Assembly (NCBI GenBank): GCA_964016885.1
Contig: OZ024740.1
Coordinates: 326,368,001 to 326,432,000, forward strand
Length of the DNA stretch: 64,000 nt
From: Eledone cirrhosa
Taxonomy: Eukaryota
Reading direction: 5' to 3'
In this document: piece by piece, positions 57,307 through 64,000 of the stretch
Position numbering within the stretch: position 1 is the first letter of the stretch
Layout of the letters: every line of letters starts with the position of its first letter
Made by a program: the position numbers and the translations under genes
The notes under the pieces: generated by a model
The model's database searches: none
Told to the model about the DNA's origin: nothing
What the model saw: the letters and a program-made list of their open reading frames with translations, nothing else

Positions 57307-60300
57307 TGAAGCTATATTAGAAGACAGATGGCCAAGATTACACACAGTGAGATAGAACCCAAGGATAGGTGGTTGCAGGAAAAATTCTTAACCACACAGT
57401 CACGTTTAGTTAAGACATAACTTTTTGCAGAGCTTCTGATACTGATGCAGAGGGAAAGAAACCAAAACTCAGGTTGCGAAAGTAAGAAGCAATACATCAG
57501 GATATATATGATACTTATCTATCTTCAAATCAAACACCAAGTCTGAATACTTGCAACAGAGTGGATGTAAAGGTAACCATGAGTTAGATGATGATGATGA
57601 TGATGATGATAAACTGGGTGATAGTAGCTGACTTTGATATCAGAAATTTCACATGATGTCTTTTAAGCATAGGTTTAATTTTATACTAATTCTTATTAAA
57701 AGAATTTAATTAATATAAAGAAAATAATGATACACTAAAACTACAGAACCAATATTTAGAAAAATGTTTAGGATGACAAAAACAAAACTTAATAAATTTG
57801 AAAAGAAACTGAACAGAATGATGCAAATATGTTCGGACCAAGGAAACAATTCTTCCATTAGTCTTTCCATTGTTGATACTATCTGCTGGTTGCAGCACCT
57901 GGCAGAAGGAGCAATGTGAAATAAATATATTGCTCAAGAACACACTCAGTCCAGGAATCATATTCACTTCATGATTGTGAGTACAACACCCTAACCACTA
58001 CGCCATGTATACATACATACAAATACAGACACACACACATAGTCTGAATGGATTTGATTTGAAGATGGCTTTGCCAGGATTTAAACCACAGACATACATT
58101 ATATCAAATTCAATCCATGTTTCACCAAAACAGAAAATAGACAAAAAGAAATGCACTTATTGCAGGAAGTCATTTCAAAATCAGATACATTTGTAAAACT
58201 TTGCTTGAATCTAAACTACAGGAATAAACCTGAATCTTCTGAACCTATGAAGCATGTGTGTTATTGTTACCAAAATGGACCAAAATACAAGATTGTATGT
58301 ATATATATGTATGTATATATATATGTGGTTGATGGCTGAGAGAAAGGAGTACTCAATACTAAAGCAGAGTTTTAATATTGATTTTATTAAGACTGAATAG
58401 TGTCTTGTTACTCTGGATTTTCACCTGTTTATCACAGGCTCATCAGTTCTTGTCTGATGACCCTGTGATAAACAAGCGAAACTCCAGAGTAACAAGACAC
58501 ACTATTCAGCCTTAATAAAATGACTATATCATAATCTATAAAGCTCAGTGTGTGGTCATGCTCCTTTCTTATAGAAATCTACGATATAGAATTTCTTCAA
58601 TTGAAATTTACAATTCAGTATTCGAAATAGTTTCGATTGCGTCTTGGCACATCTCATTTTTTCAATTTCACCCACAATTATGCAAAAAATAGATAAAACT
58701 CAATATTTTACGATTTTTCTCTGTCATTTAAACTGCTAAACTCTTTCCACTACCATTCAAAATCTATACAACTTCATACTTTCTGCTACTTTCTCTTTCC
58801 AAGCTTGATGATGATACTGTCCGTTTTACTCTATCATATCATCTGCTTTCCTCTATCTACAACCCACACATTTTGCTACTTTCTCTTTTATACTTCAAAT
58901 TATTACATTTCATACGAAACGACAATTATTCAAAAGCAACAGATACATTTATTCAACAAGCGATAAATCTTTTTTAAAACCTCGTTTCCAAACGCATACA
59001 AACACACTCACTTCAACAACAACAACAACAATCTGCCTTTTATAGATAATGATAAACAATAATATCCTCTATGAGGTCACTAAACCTGCTAGAAACAGCA
59101 GCTAACTCTCCCCCATACCACACCCCTCCCTACTGTCTTAAATTTAGAAAACATATCTTCTATGAGGTCACTAAACCTGCTAGAAACAGCAGCTAACTCT
59201 CCCCCATATCACACCACTCCCTACTGTCTTAAATTTAGAAAACACATATCCTCTATGAGGTCACTAAACCTGCTAGAAACAACAGCTAACTCTCCCTCAT
59301 ATCACAACCATCCCTACTGTCTTAAATTTAGAAAACACACAGACAACCATGCAGAACAACTCCATCGCAGCTCTGTTGTTCGGCTGGTATCATCTACGCG
59401 CGTGTTGCGCAAGTATTGTGAAACAATAAATTTCAACACTTTTTTGCACAGAGATAATATCCATAGGCGAAACTACAATTGTCACTGCTGGCGAGGCTCC
59501 TGCTTCCAGGTCTGCAATTCATTCACCCAGTGCCTGGCAGACAAAAAAGTGCTGCCATAAAATGGGTGGTGCAACCTAACTTTGGTAACTTAATGACCCC
59601 GAGCAATGCCGGGCTTTAATGCTAGTATATATATATATATATATGGAGGCATATGGCTTAGTGGTTAGAGCATTGGCCTTGCAATCGAAAGGTTGTGAGT
59701 TCAATTCTCAGACCGGGTGATGTTTCCTTGAGCAAGACACTTTATTTCACATTGCTCCAGTTTACTCAGCTGTAGAAATGAGATGATAGGGACTGGGGTC
59801 CATATCATTCCACTGCAAAGTGGTCGTGGAGGTGCCACGGCAAAAAAGCACCCAGCACTCACTGTAAATGAGGTTGGTGTTAGGAAGGGCATCCAGCTGT
59901 AGAAATCAAGCCAGAATCAGTTCCCGTCTCACCCTTGCAAGCAGGGAAGAGCGGACGTAAGAATGATGATGATGATGATATATATACACATACATATTTG
60001 TTCTTTCATAACCATTGGTGGCATGATTGGGGTATTATTATTATTTTTTTTTTTTGGCTGATGCTGTTATTTTTACAGTGTGCTACATTTCCTAGTAACA
60101 ACCTTTTGACAATTAAAAAAAAAAATCAGTGGAAACATTAAAAAACCCAGGCAAACTGAAAGTAGCATGGGCAAGATACATAACTCATCACTGCATCAAT
60201 TTGCCAGATTTTGAAAAAAAGTTCAACTCCAAAAGCACAAATGGATGAGGCTATTATTAGGAAAAGTACGCACCCGGTTGTAAAAGTAACTACTCAAAAA

Positions 60301-63300
60301 GATTTTCTAAAAAAATATTTTTTTTAAAAGTTCCATGTGATTCCATTTAAACTGAAATCATTCATCAATGCTTGAAACAAAACAAAAAAGCAGGAGTCCA
60401 AATTATTCTGTATTTATCCATTTATGATAAAAATATATTTATTGCTATGCTACAAATGGTAGCTTATAAACAATTATAAGTCAATATTTAAAAATACAAA
60501 AATACAATGGCATAAGTCTTAGCTACATATAAAAAAAAACACCCCAGAACAGTATTTCTGAGCCAGAGGGAAGGTGGGATATAATTGGTTACTGTGTGGT
60601 AGACTGGTACTTACCATAGTTAAAAGAGAAATAGAAGAATCAGATTATTTTTATAGCATATACCATAAAGTTTATTATAAAAAGCAACAGTACAGTAAAT
60701 AAATTGGATTTGGAAGAGCAAAGAAGTAAATAAATGCAGAAAAAAATAAGTGAAAATGATTAGAGAAATTCAGTGTCATATTGGGAAGTATCATTCTCAT
60801 GCAGAAGACATCTTTAGAAGCATCTAATGCAAGCGACAACTAATCAATGATAAAAATATATCTATGCTGGAATAAACAAGTATATTAATAACATCATGGC
60901 ATTGATTCCTTCTTTAAAACCTGTTTAAAATTCAACAAATATTTGTAAGAATTATTCCAATAGAAAATCGCTAAATATAAAAAAAACTAACACATCACCT
61001 CACTACCTCTACACACACGTTATGTTGGCAATCTTTACCAAAGAATTTATATGCATTGATACTTCCAATATAACTATCAGTATTTTTTTAATATACATTC
61101 TCAATATAATATTTTTAAGCAGATGGTGCTATTCAATTTTCAATGCTCTCTGCATTAAATTTCTTAACACCAACTTATCTATTGTTTTTTTATGCAAATT
61201 AGTGTCTCTGAATTATTTAATTTTTAAAGCCGACTCATTTTTACATTTACTTATTCTTTCAGCACTTCTTCAACAAGAATGGTGAAGGTTGTGTTTTATA
61301 GATGAAGTTATAATAAAACTGAAACATGTCTAGAGTTTACTTGCTGTAAAAAGTGATAAGAACAGCAGTCATTAACTGATATTACCTTCTCTATAGGCAG
61401 CATTTTAACACTCCCTATATTAATTATATAAACACTAACATCAAGTTAGCTATTGCCTGGGTCACTGACAACGGAAATCTATTTTAATATTTTTTCAGTT
61501 ATTTTCATTATTTCAGTTAATCAAATGATAATTTGAATCAATATCAAAGAGACTTCAAGAGAATAATTTAGATAAAACTTTCTTTAAATCACTAATTCAC
61601 AACCAAAATGTTTTTTTGTATCATGATTTTCTTCATATTAAACCACTTTAGTTTTTACAAAATATAATGGGCCAGGACTTAGAGTTAAGTAACAATCTTT
61701 ATTCACAGAAATTGAAATAAATATTAAGAATAGAATTATTGCTACTGCTATTACTGGTGCAACATTTTGTGGCTGCACAGTACAGTCCAATATTTCCTGT
61801 ACACAAGATGTGGACATTTCAGAAATTGATTTCTACATCAATGGACATGAAACTAATAAGTTACATTATATTTTATATATTATCTTTTTTTTAATAATAT
61901 CTCACTTCTTCCTACATATATCTGCTCCCTCATTTCACATTTGAGGATCAAACATGCAAATATACAATCTAAAAAACTCATCCTAAGTTATTATTTTGCC
62001 TAGCTTGATAGTTACAATATTTGATGAAAACAACTGCAGAGAATTACATAAAATTCCAATATTATTTTCTTATAATGAGGTTAACTTTGCCTTTCATCCT
62101 TACGGGGTCGATAAAATAAAGTACCAGTAATACACTGGGTAATTGCTGGCCTTGTGCCAAAAGTAGAAACAATTATTTTCTTATAATTGTTTCTACTTTG
62201 TGGCTGTTTATGTTTGCCACTCATTATTTTCTTATAATTCTGAGTTCAAATCTCGCCGAGGTTAACTTTGCCTTTCATCCTTACGGGGTCGATAAAATAA
62301 AGTACCAGTAATGTACTGGGTAATTGCTGGCCTTGTGCCAAAAGTAGAAACAATTATTTTCTTATAATGAGTGGCAAACATAAACAGCCACACAAATTAG
62401 CTGGAAGCAAATACAAAAGACATTTTTCAAAGTTCTTTACTGTTAAAGTTTTATTGTTTAAACATTTTGGTTTATTGTTAAAACAATTTATCATTTCTGA
62501 ACCATTAATCTCATCTTTTATAAACTTTTGTCCTATCTCCTCTTAATGTGTTTTGATTGGCTTAACAACTTAGTGGCATAGTGGTTGTAATACTGAAATA
62601 CTGTGTTAGAAAATAAAGGCTTTCCCTTTCAAGTTCAAACCCGATCTAGATGTTTCTATCTATATATAGAACTACTAAAGACAGCCAGAGAATGAATTGA
62701 CTGAAATACATGGAAAATAAGGTTACAAGTGAGAATAGTTTTAATATATTTTAAATGAATAGTATTATTATTTTCTTTTATTGGCTTCAGTCATTTGACT
62801 GCAGCCATGTTGGAGCAATGCCTTCAAGAGTTTAGTAGACGTTAATGATTTTTTTTAAAATATCAGGTATTACTTTATTAAGCTCAATTTTGCTTAACTG
62901 CTAAGTTAAAGGACTTAAACAGCACTGGTGGTTAAGTGGTGTAGACACAAACAGACATACACAGATCTATCAATATAATTCAGTATATAATCTCAGTTTA
63001 TCCAGGTCCTTTAGAATTCCAAAATTCTTCTCATTCAATTAAATAGTGAATATATATATTTGGCCAAAACTATATTCACTGGAGGTGAATGAATGTGAGG
63101 CATTTTCCTATTTTTATATATATACGAATTTAATGAAGAGTGAATGCTTATACTATTTGTACAAATAAATTATGTTACTTAGCTATTTATCTATATAAAA
63201 ATTTGAAAATATTATTAAATTTAATCACAAATCTATGTAGTTTCAAAACAATACTGAAATTCTTTTCAAAATTGTCATTTAATTTCCATTTCTAGTTTTT

Positions 63301-63716
63301 TTAAATGTAAGACAACGTGGAATATATATGTATAAATGCTTGAAATAAATTCTAAAGCAATAATACAAGAATCAAACAAAGATTTCATGAGATTACAGGC
63401 AGAACATTTAAAAAACAAACTGACATCATTAATAAAGTTGAAATCAAATAATCCTAGAGGCTACTACTAACCTATTCATGTGACGCTTGTATAACTCTGG
63501 TGTAATAATGGTTAATGGTCTGACAATAGGATCAAGGTTTTGAAGTTGTTCTTGAGTCCATCCCATGAAATAGTTGTTGTTATGCCTTTTTACCCAGATT
63601 TTTGCCTTCTCCAAGTTACTCATACTGATGGGCATTTCTGGAAAGAATGCCCGCAAGCCAACATTTTTCTTTATTGGCTTCTTGTACATCTTCCCAACAG
63701 GCAAATTGTTATCCAT
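48557..63716 (-). CDS. 3-exon CDS, ~750-aa uncharacterised protein with an internally duplicated ~100-aa domain and Ser-rich linkers. Join (minus): 63716-63472, 50699-50587, 50451-48557
   Basis: 1.9-kb open terminal exon; junctions AG|GTTAGT..TTGCAG|G (phase 2) and A|GTAAGT..TTTCAG|GT (phase 1) keep frame. The join is independently supported by a gapless alignment of the spliced domain to the second copy. Acceptor at 63728 implies a further upstream exon outside the window. Confidence 0.88.
56298..56668 (-). mobile_element. Family B SINE with RTE-type tail
   Basis: Reverse complement of 59645-59979 with one extra internal subrepeat. Confidence 0.88.
56806..56860. repeat. (TA)n microsatellite
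   Basis: Direct observation. Confidence 0.97.
58448..58497 (+). ncRNA. Type I hammerhead ribozyme motif inside a fold-back element (58375-58529)
   Basis: TCTTGT-CTGATGA-[stem II]-GAAA-CTC-CA-GAG-TA-ACAAGA: stem I TCTTGT/ACAAGA is perfect, predicted GUA cleavage after 58491; stem II carries mismatches. Confidence 0.75.
59062..59338. repeat. ~92-bp tandem repeat, 3 units
   Basis: CTATGAGGTCACTAAACCTGCTAGAAAC recurs three times. Confidence 0.92.
59340..59625 (+). mobile_element. Helitron-type 3' end (5' boundary uncertain)
   Basis: GC-rich hairpin CCCGAGCA-A-TGCCGGG (59598-59613), then CTAG followed by T, 8 nt downstream. Confidence 0.65.
59645..59979 (+). mobile_element. Full-length family B SINE: tRNA head, CORE-like domain, RTE-type tail, (TGA)n
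   Basis: A-box TGGCTTAGTGG, B-box GAGTTCAATTC, CCTTGAGCAAGACACTT core; tail shared with the RTE-derived elements; flanked by (TA)n. Confidence 0.9.
62060..62392 (+). mobile_element. Two truncated family A SINEs in a locally rearranged target
   Basis: SINE pieces at ~62077-62176 and ~62238-62356; ATTATTTTCTTATAAT repeated four times. Confidence 0.85.
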
Positions 63717-64000
63717 GATTAAAAATTCTAAAATAAAAGAAGAGATGAAAGGAAAATAATTTTTAAAATTCATAAAATAACAAAAAAAAAAAAGTCTGAC
63801 TTTCGACAAAAATTCAAGTATTTTGAAAAAAATAAGAAAAATATATTGGTATTTCTATGTTAAACTGATTTTAAAAACCCAAGTAATTTGGAAAGCTATT
63901 AGAATCACATTTTGATAACCTTTAGCTATTCAGATCTACCAACTAAATCTGTATCATTGGTAATTTATCGCTGGTTAGTTTAGCTTATTGATGCTATATG

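Noticed and set aside
58005-58196. C2H2 zinc-finger exon (CTYCRKSFQNQIHL)
   Set aside because: A stop follows the first His, there is no second His or further fingers, and no splice context.
59645-59720. tRNA gene (also at 35814 and 14562)
   Set aside because: A and B boxes are present, but there is no acceptor-stem closure and the sequence continues into SINE core and tail.

Overview
AT-rich eukaryotic (animal) genomic DNA, not prokaryotic. The (TA)n/(TGA)n microsatellites, tRNA-headed SINEs and RTE LINE relics suggest an octopod cephalopod (inference). Two convergent intron-rich genes were reconstructed by hand from splice sites and phases. (1) A + strand 11-exon CDS (4661-37312, ~480 aa): coiled-coil protein with CLSCxKPV, GGPY and GxDxxLYK motifs resembling the DUF4795 (QRICH2/C16orf96-like) family, using two GC-AG introns. 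(2) A - strand 3-exon CDS (63716-48557, ~750 aa) carrying two copies of an unrecognised ~100-aa domain. Introns and intergenic DNA hold a 1.2-kb tandem duplication with an expanded 71-bp minisatellite and a young RTE LINE (13-bp TSD), an internally deleted LTR retrotransposon, CR1, CRE and RTE relics, piggyBac- and pogo-type MITEs, a Helitron end, SINEs, and several fold-back elements, one containing a near-canonical type I hammerhead ribozyme. Most ORFs in the supplied track are repeat artefacts. Coordinates were counted by eye; repeat boundaries are approximate.
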